Source: Anaeramoeba ignava BMAN (taxonomy: Eukaryota; Protista; Anaeramoebae). From it: a DNA stretch of 64,000 nt. The DNA lies in the NCBI GenBank assembly GCA_028826165.1, contig JAPDFW010000146.1:43843-107842 (forward strand). Reading direction: 5' to 3'. The position numbers and the translations under genes were made by a program. Positions 27,138 to 39,000 of the stretch are shown here, piece after piece. The notes under the pieces are model-generated. The model did no database searches. It was not told the DNA's origin and saw only the letters and a list, made by a program, of their open reading frames with translations. Within the stretch, counting starts at the first letter, position 1. Every line of letters starts with the position of its first letter.

Positions 27138-30100
27138 ATGGGAAATCAACCAAGAAGGATTAAACATTTAGGTACTAAATAATTTTAACCGAAATTAAGA
27201 AAAAAAAAATAATACCCCAATAATAATTATCATAATCTTTTAACTTATTTTTAACATTTTTAATTTGATTTAATTTAATTATTTAATTTGATTTAATTTA
27301 ATTATTTCTTTTAATTTGATTTAATTTAGGTGCTCGAGAATTTTATATATCTTTTAAAAATCAAACACGCCATCTTGTAAATTTAATTATAAATTTAAAT
27401 ATAAATTTAATTATAAATTTAAATATAAATTTAATTATAAATTTAATTATAAATTTAATTATAAATTTAATTATAAATTTAATTATAAATTTAATTATAA
27501 ATTTAATTATAAATATAATTATAAATTTAATTATAAATTTAATTATAAATTTAATTATAAATTTAATTATAAATTTAATTATAATTTTATTATAAATTTA
27601 TAATTATAAATTTAATTATAAATTTCAATTATAAATATAATTATAAATTTAAATATAAATTTAATTATAAATTTAATTATAAATTTAATTATAAATTTAA
27701 TTATAATTTTAATTATAAATTTTAATTATAAATTTAATTATAAATTTAATTATAAATATAAATATAAATTAATAAATTTAATTATAAATATAATTATAAA
27801 ATATAATTATAAATTTAATTATAAATTTAATTATAAATTTAATTATAAATTTAATTATAAATTTAATTATAAATTTAATTATAAATTTAATTATAAATTT
27901 AATTATAAATTTAATTATAAATTTAATTATAAATTTAATTATAAATTTAATTATAAATTTAATTATAAATTTAATTATAAATTTAATTATAAATTTAATT
28001 ATAAATTTAATTATAAATTTAATTATAAATATAATTATAAATATAATTATAAATATTATTATAAATATAATTATAAATTTAATTATAATTTTTTAATGAA
28101 TTTTAATTATAAATATAATTATAAATTTAATTATAAATTTAATTCCAAAAAAAAAGAAAAAACAAAAAAATCATAAAATAGTCTTGAAAAAAATATATGG
28201 AACATGTAAAAAACAGAACCCAGAAAAAACATTATTTGAATTAGTATTAGATGGTGTAACACCAACACCACAAATATTCTCGGCATTTGTTGATTCTCTT
28301 GTCACAAATCCTAACCCGAAAAATATTTCACTAAGAGAATCCAAATTAAACGAGAAATGCATTGAAAACCTTTTTGAAACAATGAAAAATCAACCAACAC
28401 AAGTTCATCAATTAGATCTTTCATTAAATCCAATTTCAGAAGAAACACTGTCGCTAATTGTAAATCAATTAATTTCTTCAGATCAAGAATATTTGCAATT
28501 ATATCACTTAACACTTGATGGAATTGATTTGGATGATGTTTCAATTGGAATCATTTTGGAATTGATCCAAAAATACCCTAAATTAAAAATTCTCGAACTT
28601 CGCAACAATCACTTGTCACATTCCTCAATTGCTCTTATCAGAGAAGCCTCTTCAAACAAACACTTCCTTGACAAAACTAGATCTCGGTTTTGATTCAAGT
28701 GATGATTCCGTTTTGGAATACGAAAAGGCCCAAATAACTCATATTTTGGAAAGAAATAATATCATCAACCAAATCATTCAGCAAATGGTTGATGTTGCTT
28801 GCGAAAGACGATTCAAGAAAAAAATGAGGAATTTCCAAAACAGTTTGAGAAATTTATCACCAAATTTTGCTCAATTTCAAAATGAAGATAATTCAGATAA
28901 AAATTTCCCTCTTTTTGCCGTTTTTCATGAAGTTGTCTCGCCAAAAAAATCAAATTCTCAAAAGGAAAAATCATTTCAATTATCATCGTCAAAATTCAAA
29001 GTGGGATTTGTCGAGACACAAGGAAGACGAACTGAAATGCAAGACTCAACAATGATGATATTTGATTTTATGAAGAAGAAAAAAATGGATCATTTTTGGT
29101 CGAATCAAGATCATGACACTTTTGAATGGAATAACAAGACGTTGAAGAAAATATCCGTTTCAAAACTAAAAAATAAACGGAAAAAGGAAAGCAAAAACAA
29201 GACAAATATAAGCAAAATGGAGAATGATCATGACCAAAAAAGAGCAAGAAAAAGACCTCCTCGTCGAGTCTTTCTTGCAAAAGAAATTTTCATTTCTTCT
29301 CGAAACGCCACAAGTCGGAATCGCTATCCTCTGCATCGAACAGGCTCAGGAAAAGATGTTTTCCAGGTGCAATTGGTTAATTTTGATAACTCAACATCTC
29401 AAGTAGTTGTGGATTCAAATGAGAATGATTTTAATGATTCAACAAATCAAATTAATAATAATAATAATGATAATGATGATAATAATGATAATAATGATAA
29501 TAATGATAATAATGATAATAATGATAATAATGATAATAATCAACAACAAAACATTTTTATTCCAAATAAAAATGAATTTTTTCAAATTGATAATTCTTCT
29601 TTCATAAATCAAAACGAAATCAATACTGAAAAAGATCAAAATGATAATGATATTGATATTGATAATGATAATGATATTAATATTGATAATGATAATAATA
29701 TTGATAATGATAATGATAATGATAATGATATGAATATTAATATCGATAATGATATTAATATTGATAATGATATTGATAATGATATGAATCTAAATATTCA
29801 ATCAATCCAAAAAAATCAAGAAATCAAAAAAACAAAAAAAGAAATACAAAGAATCTCTTTTAGTCACTCAGAATATTACGGTATTTTTGATGGGCACGGA
29901 AGTCGAGAATCCGCAGATTTTGTTTCGAATAATTTGCACCAAATAATTGCCGAAATGCTTGGCAAGAATTTTGCAATTGAAGCAGCAATCACCGAATCTT
30001 TTCTAAAAATTGATGAGCAAATGAAAGAATGGTCACAATATTTTGGAACAACAGCATTAGTCGCAATTTTTCTCGATAATTATTTGTGGATTGCAAATGT

Positions 30101-30506
30101 TGGTGATACTCGCGCAGTTTTATCTGTTAATGGGAAAGCATTCCGATTATCACTTGATCATAAAACAAGTCTGAAAGAAGAAAAAAAAAGAATTGAAAAT
30201 TTAGGAGGAAAAATCAAATATTCTCGCGTTCAAGGAATTCTAAACATCACTCGTGCTCTTGGTGATAGTCAATTTGGAGAAATGGTTTCGTCAGTTCCTT
30301 ATATTTCTTCAGTACAAATCAATTCTTCTTGCCAATTTTTAATTTTGGCTTGTGATGGTCTTTGGGATGTGATTTCTGACCAAAAAGCTGTTGATATTGT
30401 TTCTCAACAAAAAGACCCTCAAATTGCTGCTGAAAAATTAAAAGAATTTGCTTTGAAAAAATATTCTTCTGACAATATTTCAGTTATTGTTATTCGTTTT
30501 GATTAA
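27138..30506 (+). CDS. RNI-like LRR + PP2C (PPM) phosphatase with N-terminal MG (possible myristoylation); two introns; frameshift near 28650
   Basis: MGNQPRR start; LRRs (HQLDLSLNPI, KILELRNNHL, TKLDLG); PP2C motifs GRRTEMQD, GIFDGHG, GTTALV, ANVGDTRAVL, LNITRALGD, FLILACDGLWDV, DNISVIVI. Confidence 0.88.
27380..28140. repeat. Intronic 12-bp tandem repeat (ATAAATTTAATT)n
   Basis: Direct observation, in intron 2 of the LRR-PP2C gene. Confidence 0.9.
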
Positions 30507-30617
30507 TTTTTCTTTAAATTTTTCTTTAAATTTTTCTTTAAATTTTTCTTTGAAAATAATTATTAAAATTTTTATTTTTCATTTTTTTCCTTTTTTTATT
30601 CATTTTCCTTAAAAATA

Positions 30618-32530
30618 ATGAATCAACCAATAACAGTTAAAGAAGGAAATATTTATGCAAACTATTATTCAATTTGTGCAAAACAAGGATATGGAGATTG
30701 TTCTTATGAAGAAATAAGACTTGATAATAATAGAAATACAAATGAAGATGAAAATTCAATTCAAAATTCAATTCAAAATCCAAACACAAACAAAACATCT
30801 TTATTTGCAAATCAAAATCAAAATCAAAATACAAATCAAAATCAAAATCAAAATCAAAATCAAAATCAAAATCAAAATCAAAATCAAAATACAAACAAAA
30901 CATCTTTATTTGGAAATCTAAATCCAACTCCAAATCCAAATCAAAATCAAAATCAAAATCAAAATCAAAATCAAAATCAAAATCAAAATCAAAATCAAAA
31001 TCAAAATCAAAATCAAAATCAAAATCAAAATCAAAATCAAAATCAAAATCAAAATCAAAATCAAAATCAAAATCAAAATATAAACAAAACATCTTTATTT
31101 GCAAATCAAAATCAAAATCAAAATCCAAATCTAAACACAAATACAAACAAAACATCTTTATTTGGAAATCTAAATCAAAATCAAAATATAATTCTAAATC
31201 AAAATCAAAATATAAATCTAAATCAAAATACAAACAAAACATCTTTATTTGGAAATCAAAATCAAAATCAAAATCAAAATCAAAATCAAAATCAAAATCA
31301 AAATCAAAATCAAAATCAAAATCAAAATCAAAATCAAAATCAAAATACAAACAAAACATCTTTATTTGAAATCAAAATCAAAATCAAAATCAAAATCAAA
31401 ATCAAAATCAAAATCAAAATCAAAATCAAAATCAAAATCAAAATCAAAATACAAACAAAACATCTTTATTTGGAAATCAAAATCAAAATCAAAATTCAAT
31501 TCAAAATCAAAATCAAAATCAAAATCAAAATCAAAATCAAAATCAAAATCAAAATCAAAATCAAAATCAAAATCAAAATCAAAATACAAACAAAACATCT
31601 TTATTTGGAAATCAAAATTCAATTCAAAATCAAAATCAAAATCAAAATCAAAATCAAAATCAAAATCAAAATCAAAATCAAAATCAAAATACAAACAAAA
31701 CATCTTTATTTGGAAATCAAAATCAAAATCAAAATCAAAATCAAAATCAAAATCAAAATTCAATTCTAAATCAAAATCCAAACACAAATACAAGCAAAAC
31801 ATCTTTATTTGGAAATCAAAATCAAAATCAAAATTCAATTCTAAATCAAAATCAAAATACAAACAAAACATCTTTATTTGCAAATCAAAATCAAAATCAA
31901 AATCAAAATCAAAATCAAAATCTAAACACAAATACAAACAAAACATCTTTATTTGGAAATCAAAATCAAAATCAAAATACAATTCTAAATCAAAATCAAA
32001 ATCAAAATCTAAATCAAAATCAAAATACAAACAAAACATCTTTATTTGGAAATCAAAATCAAAATCAAAATCAAAATCAAAATCAAAATCAAAATCAAAA
32101 TCAAAATCAAAATCAAAATCAAAATCAAAATCAAAATACAAACAAAACATCTTTATTTGGAAATCTAAATCAAAATCAAAATACAATTCTAAATCAAAAT
32201 CCAATAACAGTTAAAGAAGGAAATATTTATACAAACTATTATTCAATTTGTGCAAAACAAGGATATGAAGATTTTTCTTATGAAGAAATAAGACTTGATA
32301 ATAATAGAAATACAAATGAAGATGAAAATTCAAATCAAAATACAAACATAACATCTTTATTTGGAAATCTAAATCTTAATTCAAATCAAAATTCAATTCT
32401 AAATCAAAATCCAATAACAGTTAAAGAAGGAAATATTTATGCAAACTATTATTCAATTTGTGCAAAACAAGGATATGAAGATCGTTCTTATGAAGAAATA
32501 AGACTTGAAAATAATAGAAATACAAATTAA
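30618..32530 (+). CDS. Nup98-like FG-repeat protein with three GLEBS-like motifs and SLFG/NQ repeats, no autoprotease domain; internal frameshifts
   Basis: YYSICAKQGY(G/E)DxSYEEIRL at about 30660, 32235 and 32445; NKTSLFG repeats; one G missing at about 31367 relative to sister repeats; stop TAA at 32528-32530. Confidence 0.72.
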
Positions 32531-33108
32531 AATTTAAAATTAAAATCAAAATTAAAATTAAAATTCAAATTAAAATTAAAATTAAAATTTAAAATTAAAA
32601 TTAAAATTAAAATTAAAATTAAAATTAAAATTAAAATTAAAATTAAAATTAAAATTAAAATTAAAATTAAAATTAAAATTAAAATTAAAATTAAAATTGA
32701 TTTATAAAATTAAAATTAAAATTAAAATTAAAATTAAAATTGATTTATAAAATTAAAATTAAAATTAAAATTAAAATTAAAATTAAAATTAAAATTAAAA
32801 TTGATTTATAAAATTAAAATCAAAATTAAAATTAAAATTAAAATTAAAATTGATTTATAAAATTAAAATTGATTTATAAAATTAAAATTAAAATTAAAAT
32901 TGATTTATAAAATCAAAATTAAAATTAAAATTAAAATTAAAATCGGAAAAAAAAATAAAGAAGAAAAAAAAATAAAAGGAGAAAAAAAAAAAATAAAAAA
33001 AAAAGAGAAAATGATCAAAAAAAAAATATAAAAACAAAAAAAAACATTTTTTTTAATTATTTTTTTTCATTTTTTTTTTCATTTTTTTTTTCTTTTTTTT
33101 TAAAAATA

Positions 33109-35820
33109 ATGAATCAAGCAATAACAGTTAAAGAAGGAAATAGTTATGCAAGTTATCATTCAATTTGTGCAAAACAAGGATATGAAGATCGTTCTTATGA
33201 AGAAATAAGACTTGAAACATTAAAACAAAAAAATTCAACAAGCATTTTTCCAAAATCAAGTTTATTTCAAAATCAAAGCAAAACATTTACTTCTGGAAAC
33301 TCTCTATTTTCAAATCAAAATCAAAATCAAAATAAAAGTAGCTTATTCTCAAATCAAAATCAAAGTAGAACAACTTTATTCTCAAATTCAAATTCAAATC
33401 AAAATCAAAACACAAACAGATCATCTTTATTTTCAAATCAAAATACAAATCAAAACAGAACATCTTTATTTTCAAATCAAACTCAAACTCAAAACCAAAA
33501 TACAAACAGATCATCTTTATTTTCAAATTCAAATCAAAATCAAAATACAAACAGATCATCATTATTTTCAAATCAAAATACAAATACAAATACAAATACA
33601 AACAGATCATCTTTATTTTCAAATCAAACCCAGAATACAAACCAGAACAGATCATCTTTATTTTCAAATTCAAATCAAAATCAAACTACAAACAGAACAT
33701 CTTTATTTTCAAATCAAACCCAGAATACAAATCAGAATAGATCATCTTTATTTTCAAATCAAACCCAAAACACAAACAGATCATCATTATTTTCAAATCA
33801 AAATACAAATACAAATACAAATACAAATACAAATACAAACAGATCATCTTTATTTTCAAATCAAAATCAAACTCAAAATACAAACAGATCATCTTTATTT
33901 TCAAATCAAAATCAAAATCAGAATACAAACAGATCATCATTATTTTCAAATCAAACTCAAAACACAAACAGATCATCTTTATTTTCAAACTCAGCCCAAA
34001 ATACAAATCAAAATACAAACAGATCATCTTTATTTTCAAACAACCAATCAAATCAAAATACAAACCAGAACAGATCATCTTTATTTTCAAATCAAAATCA
34101 GAATACAAACAGATCATCTTTATTTTCAAATCAAAATCAAAACACAAACAGATCATCTTTATTTTCAAATCAAAATCAAAATCAAACTCAAAATACGAAC
34201 AGATCATCTTTATTTTCAAATAACCAATCAAATCAAAATCAAAACACTTCTTTATTTTCAAGAAATCAAAATCAAAATCAAAACACTTCTTTATTTTCAA
34301 GAAATCAAAATCAAAGTTCTTCGTTATTTTCAAGAAATCAAAATCAATATCAAAATCAATATCAAAACACACCAATAAAAATTGCTTTTGCTGGATTAGA
34401 CTCAGAAAATCCTCATGGATTTCTTCATTTATCAAACATCAAAAAAAAGAAAGAAGAACAAGAAAAAAGAGCAGTTCCTGAAAACAAAGCTAATCTGGAT
34501 ATCAATCGACGCAAAAACATATTTTTAAGCACACCAAGACATTCATTTACGAACAAAAATTCGTATTCAAACAAATTATCTTTATTTGAAGGATCACAAC
34601 CATTTTTAGAACCATTTACAACTTCAAGTCCAACTTCGTCAAAAAAAATGTTATCAAAAAAGCCAACTTCAAGTATTAAAAAACTTGAGATTAATCCAAA
34701 ATCGTTTTCTTCGCATAAATCTCGAAAAGAGCAAATTTCTCAACTTTCACGTTATGGAGTGAAATTTTCAAAAGATGAAGAACAAGATGACGAAACTTAT
34801 TTAAAGAAATCAACTGTATTATCTCAAAAACAAAAACTGAAAAATCAATATAAAGATGAAGATGAAGATGAAGATGAAGATGATGATGAAATTGAAGATG
34901 ATGATGATGATGAATACGAAATTGAATTTCAATTTGATGAAAATCAAAATCAATATCAAAATCAAAATCAAATCCAAAATCAAATCCAAAATCAAATCGA
35001 AGATGATGATGAAGATGATGAAGATGATGAAGATGATGAAGATGATGAAGAAATTGAAGTTAAAATTGATAATGAAAGTGATAATGAAAGTGATAATGAA
35101 AGTGATAATGAAAATGATAATGAAAATCAAATTCAATATGAATACGAAAATGATGAAAATGATAATGAAAATGATAATGAAAATGATGAAAATGATAATG
35201 AAAATGAAAATGAAAATGAATACGAAAATGAAGATGAAATTGATGATGAAGATGAAAATGAAATTGAAGATGAAAATGAAATTGGAAATGAAATTGGAAA
35301 TGAAAATGAAAATGAAGATGAAATTGAAGATGAAGATGAAGATGATATTGAAGATGAAAATGATGAAAATGAAAATGATAGTAATGAAGAAGAAAGCAAT
35401 ACTAGAGAATGGTTAAAAGAAGGATATTATACAAATCCTTCAATTAGTCAAATTTCCAAAATGAATGAACAAGAAAAATCCGAAGTCAAATCATTTATAA
35501 TTGGTAAAAAAGGATATGGCAAAATAGAGTTCCAAAACCCTATAAATATAAATGGAATCGATATAAAAAAATTTATTACTTTTAGCAATCAAGGATTTGT
35601 TGTAAATCAAGATCCATCTTTTGAAGAAATTAGAAAAAAAGGTCAAACAATTTGTGTTTTAGAAAAATGTTTTCCTCCTCAAAATAATAATTTAGATAAA
35701 AAAACAATTGAAAATATTGTTATTTCTGGAGTTGAACAAAATTTATCTATATTTGAAGCAAAAGTTAATAATTATTCCATTCAAAATGGAACTTTGGAAT
35801 TCACAACAAAACATCTTTAA
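33109..35820 (+). CDS. Nup98-like nucleoporin: GLEBS, SSLFS repeats, acidic tract, C-terminal Nucleoporin2/autoprotease-like domain
   Basis: YHSICAKQGYEDRSYEEIRLE (GLEBS-like); GYYTNPSISQI...FIIGKKGYGKIEF...GTLEFTTKHL-stop matches the Nup98 APD pattern. Confidence 0.85.
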   Translation: MNQAITVKEGNSYASYHSICAKQGYEDRSYEEIRLETLKQKNSTSIFPKSSLFQNQSKTFTSGNSLFSNQNQNQNKSSLFSNQNQSRTTLFSNSNSNQNQNTNRSSLFSNQNTNQNRTSLFSNQTQTQNQNTNRSSLFSNSNQNQNTNRSSLFSNQNTNTNTNTNRSSLFSNQTQNTNQNRSSLFSNSNQNQTTNRTSLFSNQTQNTNQNRSSLFSNQTQNTNRSSLFSNQNTNTNTNTNTNTNRSSLFSNQNQTQNTNRSSLFSNQNQNQNTNRSSLFSNQTQNTNRSSLFSNSAQNTNQNTNRSSLFSNNQSNQNTNQNRSSLFSNQNQNTNRSSLFSNQNQNTNRSSLFSNQNQNQTQNTNRSSLFSNNQSNQNQNTSLFSRNQNQNQNTSLFSRNQNQSSSLFSRNQNQYQNQYQNTPIKIAFAGLDSENPHGFLHLSNIKKKKEEQEKRAVPENKANLDINRRKNIFLSTPRHSFTNKNSYSNKLSLFEGSQPFLEPFTTSSPTSSKKMLSKKPTSSIKKLEINPKSFSSHKSRKEQISQLSRYGVKFSKDEEQDDETYLKKSTVLSQKQKLKNQYKDEDEDEDEDDDEIEDDDDDEYEIEFQFDENQNQYQNQNQIQNQIQNQIEDDDEDDEDDEDDEDDEEIEVKIDNESDNESDNESDNENDNENQIQYEYENDENDNENDNENDENDNENENENEYENEDEIDDEDENEIEDENEIGNEIGNENENEDEIEDEDEDDIEDENDENENDSNEEESNTREWLKEGYYTNPSISQISKMNEQEKSEVKSFIIGKKGYGKIEFQNPININGIDIKKFITFSNQGFVVNQDPSFEEIRKKGQTICVLEKCFPPQNNNLDKKTIENIVISGVEQNLSIFEAKVNNYSIQNGTLEFTTKHL

Positions 35821-36003
35821 ATTTAAATTTAAATTTAAATCAAAAAACCAAATCAAAAATTCTTTTTTAAATTTCATTTTATTCCACTTTTATTTTAAAT
35901 TCCACTTTTATTTTTAAATTCATTTTCTTTTCTTTTCTTTTCTTTTTTTACTTTAAAATTGGTTTATCAATAAAAGTTCTCAAAACTTATTATTAATTAT
36001 TTT

Positions 36004-39000
36004 TCATTTTTCATTTTTCATTTTTATTTGAGAATCATTTTCTAATTGTTTAATTTTACCAGAAACAATCTCTCTTAAATCTCTAATTTCATTTAAAATT
36101 TGATCACGAAAAACACGAATTTTATTTAAAACTGATAAAGCAGAAGATAATTGCAATTCCAAGTTAAAAATTTCTTGTTCACCAGGAAAATTTTCTCTTT
36201 CATCACGAGAACTACTATTACTAAGATCACTACTATCAAGTTTTAATATTTGAATTTTTTGTATTTGAGTGTGTGTTTCTCTTATGATTGTATCAAAATC
36301 ATTTTTATTGTCTGAACGAACCAAAAGTTTAGATTTTGAATTTGAACGAATGAGAAAATGAGAAAAAGTAGAATTTTCAGTTGATTTAAAAAGTGATGAA
36401 ATCATTTCTTCTTGTTTTTTACTTCTACGTATGAATTTCTTCATAATTTTAATAACTCTTTTATTTTCATTGATTATTTCTAAACCTAATAAAGAAAGTT
36501 TAAAAGAGAATTCTGCTGTTGTTTTTGAGGTTTGATTTCGATAAAAATATAATGATTCTGGAACTAAAACTAAAAATCTTGTAACCCAAACAAGATCTTT
36601 TGGATGAAATATTTGAACATTAAATCCAAAATAGTTTTCTTTTTGATTTGAATTTGAATTGAATTCTTTATTTGAGTTTAAATCTGAATTTGAATTTAAA
36701 TCTGAATTTGATTTTAAATTTGAATTTAAATTTGAATTTAATTCTTGTTTTGATTCTTGTTTTAATTCTTGTTTTAATTCTTGTTTTAATTCTTGATTTG
36801 ATTTTGAATTTGAGTTTTGTTTTGATTCTTGTTTTAATTCTTGTTTTAATTCTTGTTTTAATTCTTGATTTGAGTTTTGTTTTAATTCTTGTTTTAATTC
36901 TTGTTTTAATTCTTGTTTTGAATTTGATTCTTGTTTTAATTCTTGTTTTGATTCTTGTTTTAATTCTTGTTTTGATTTTAAATTTGAGTTTTGTTTTGAT
37001 TCTTGTTTTAATTCTTGTTTTAATTCTTGTTTTGAATTTGATTCTTTATTTAAATTTGAGTTTTGTTTTGATTCTTGTTTTAATTCTTGATTTGAGTTTA
37101 AATTTGAATTTAATTCTTGTTTTAATTCTTGTTTTAATTCTTGTTTTAATTCTTGTTTTAATTCTTGTTTTGAATTTGATTCTTGTTTTAATTCTTGTTT
37201 TGATTTTAAATTTGAGTTTGAATTTGAGTTTTGTTTTGATTCTTGTTTTGATTTTAATTTTTGTTTTAATTCTTGATTTGATTTTGAATTTGAGTTTGAA
37301 TTTGAATTTAAATTTGAATTTAATTTTTGTTTTAATTCTTGTTTTAATTCTTGTTTTGAATTTAATTCTTGCTTTGATTCTTGTTTTGATTTTAAATTTG
37401 AATTTGATTTTAAATTTAAATTTGGTTTTGAATTTTGTTTTTGTTTTTGTTTTTCTTTTTGATTTTGATTTTGATTTTGATTTTGATTTTGATTTGATTT
37501 GGACTTGAATTCATCATTTACTTGAGTATTTAATATATTTTTCGAAATTTTTAAATTAGATTTTGTTCTTAAATTTGGATCAATTTCTTGGACTTGCTTT
37601 TGAATTTTTCTTCTTCTTTGAGGAGATAGTTTTGGAATACGAGGCTGCTGATGAGATTGAAGATTATTATATTTTTGATTTGATTGTTTTGATAAATCAG
37701 TTATTTTTTGAGAAAGATCAACAACAACTTGTTGAAGTTGAGAAATCATCATTGATTGTTTCATATATTCTGAGTTTGTATAAAAAAGCTTCTCAGAAAT
37801 TTGGTCTTTAGAAAATTTTGCCCAAGCAATATCCATTTCTCCTTCAGCAATTAAGTGTTCTAATTGTCGGATTTTTTTCCTCAATCTCAAAATTTTTTGA
37901 TGAAGATTTTTTTGTAATTCAAGTTCTAATTGAACCTCAATTTTGGGTTTTTGGTCTTCTTTTGTATCAATTTGTTTCTCGGAATCTTTTGGTTGAGGAT
38001 CATCAGAAATTTCTTCAATTTTCTTATTTTCGTTTTGGGAAGAAAGTGTATTTGATAAATTGGAAATATTATTAATTTGCTGTTTGATAAAACTATGAAT
38101 AACTTCGAATTGTGCTGGATCTACAACAAATTCTGTTTGGTCAATTGAAACGCGAATTGTTGTTTGTGGTTTTTTTTCGGGATTCTTTTTTTCTTCTTCA
38201 TTATTTAATGTTTCTTTGCTTTCTGGATGGATATCTTGTTGTGAATCTTCAATTTCAATTTGAATTCCTTTTTTTTTGGATAGAAAACTTTCAAAAGATC
38301 CATAAACAGAAAAATTAGGACAAATTGAAGAGATGATTTCATGTTGAAACGAATAGAATCTTTGGATTGTTTTGAAAGAAAAAGAGCGTTTTTCTTGATT
38401 TTCTGACATGAGAACATTCCCATCAACTTTAAAAAGATCAAAAAGAAGAAAAATTCCATTTTTTTGATTTTGGGAAAATTGATCGAATCCTATCAGATTG
38501 ATTTCAAATTGAGAAACTTGAATATCCCAATTAAATTCAAGATCATTTCGTTTTGTATGAACTTCCAATGCATTAAACACTTGAGCTGCAGTTTTTGGGA
38601 AGTTGAGATGATGAGAGTTCTCATTATTAATAAAAAGGTTATTTTTTGGATCACTATCAATTTGATTTCCAAAAGCTTGCTTTGAATCGAATCCGAAATG
38701 TAAATTACTAATAATTGAATGGAAGTCATTATCGGTTACTTTTTGAAGAAGAGGTTCATATAGAAAAACAACAACTGGTGCAATGTCTTGTGAATTTAAC
38801 ATGGAAGATAATCCTGTACATCGAAGTTTGATATCAACTTTAAACTTTCTTTTTTGAGTTAAAGTATCAATATATTTTTGAAGATGCATTTCTGTCAAAA
38901 AAAATATTTGGTCTTTTTTGTCAATTTGAGTAATTTGAGTAATTTGATTATTTTCATTAATTTGATTAATTTGATTATTTTCATTATTTTCATCATTTTC

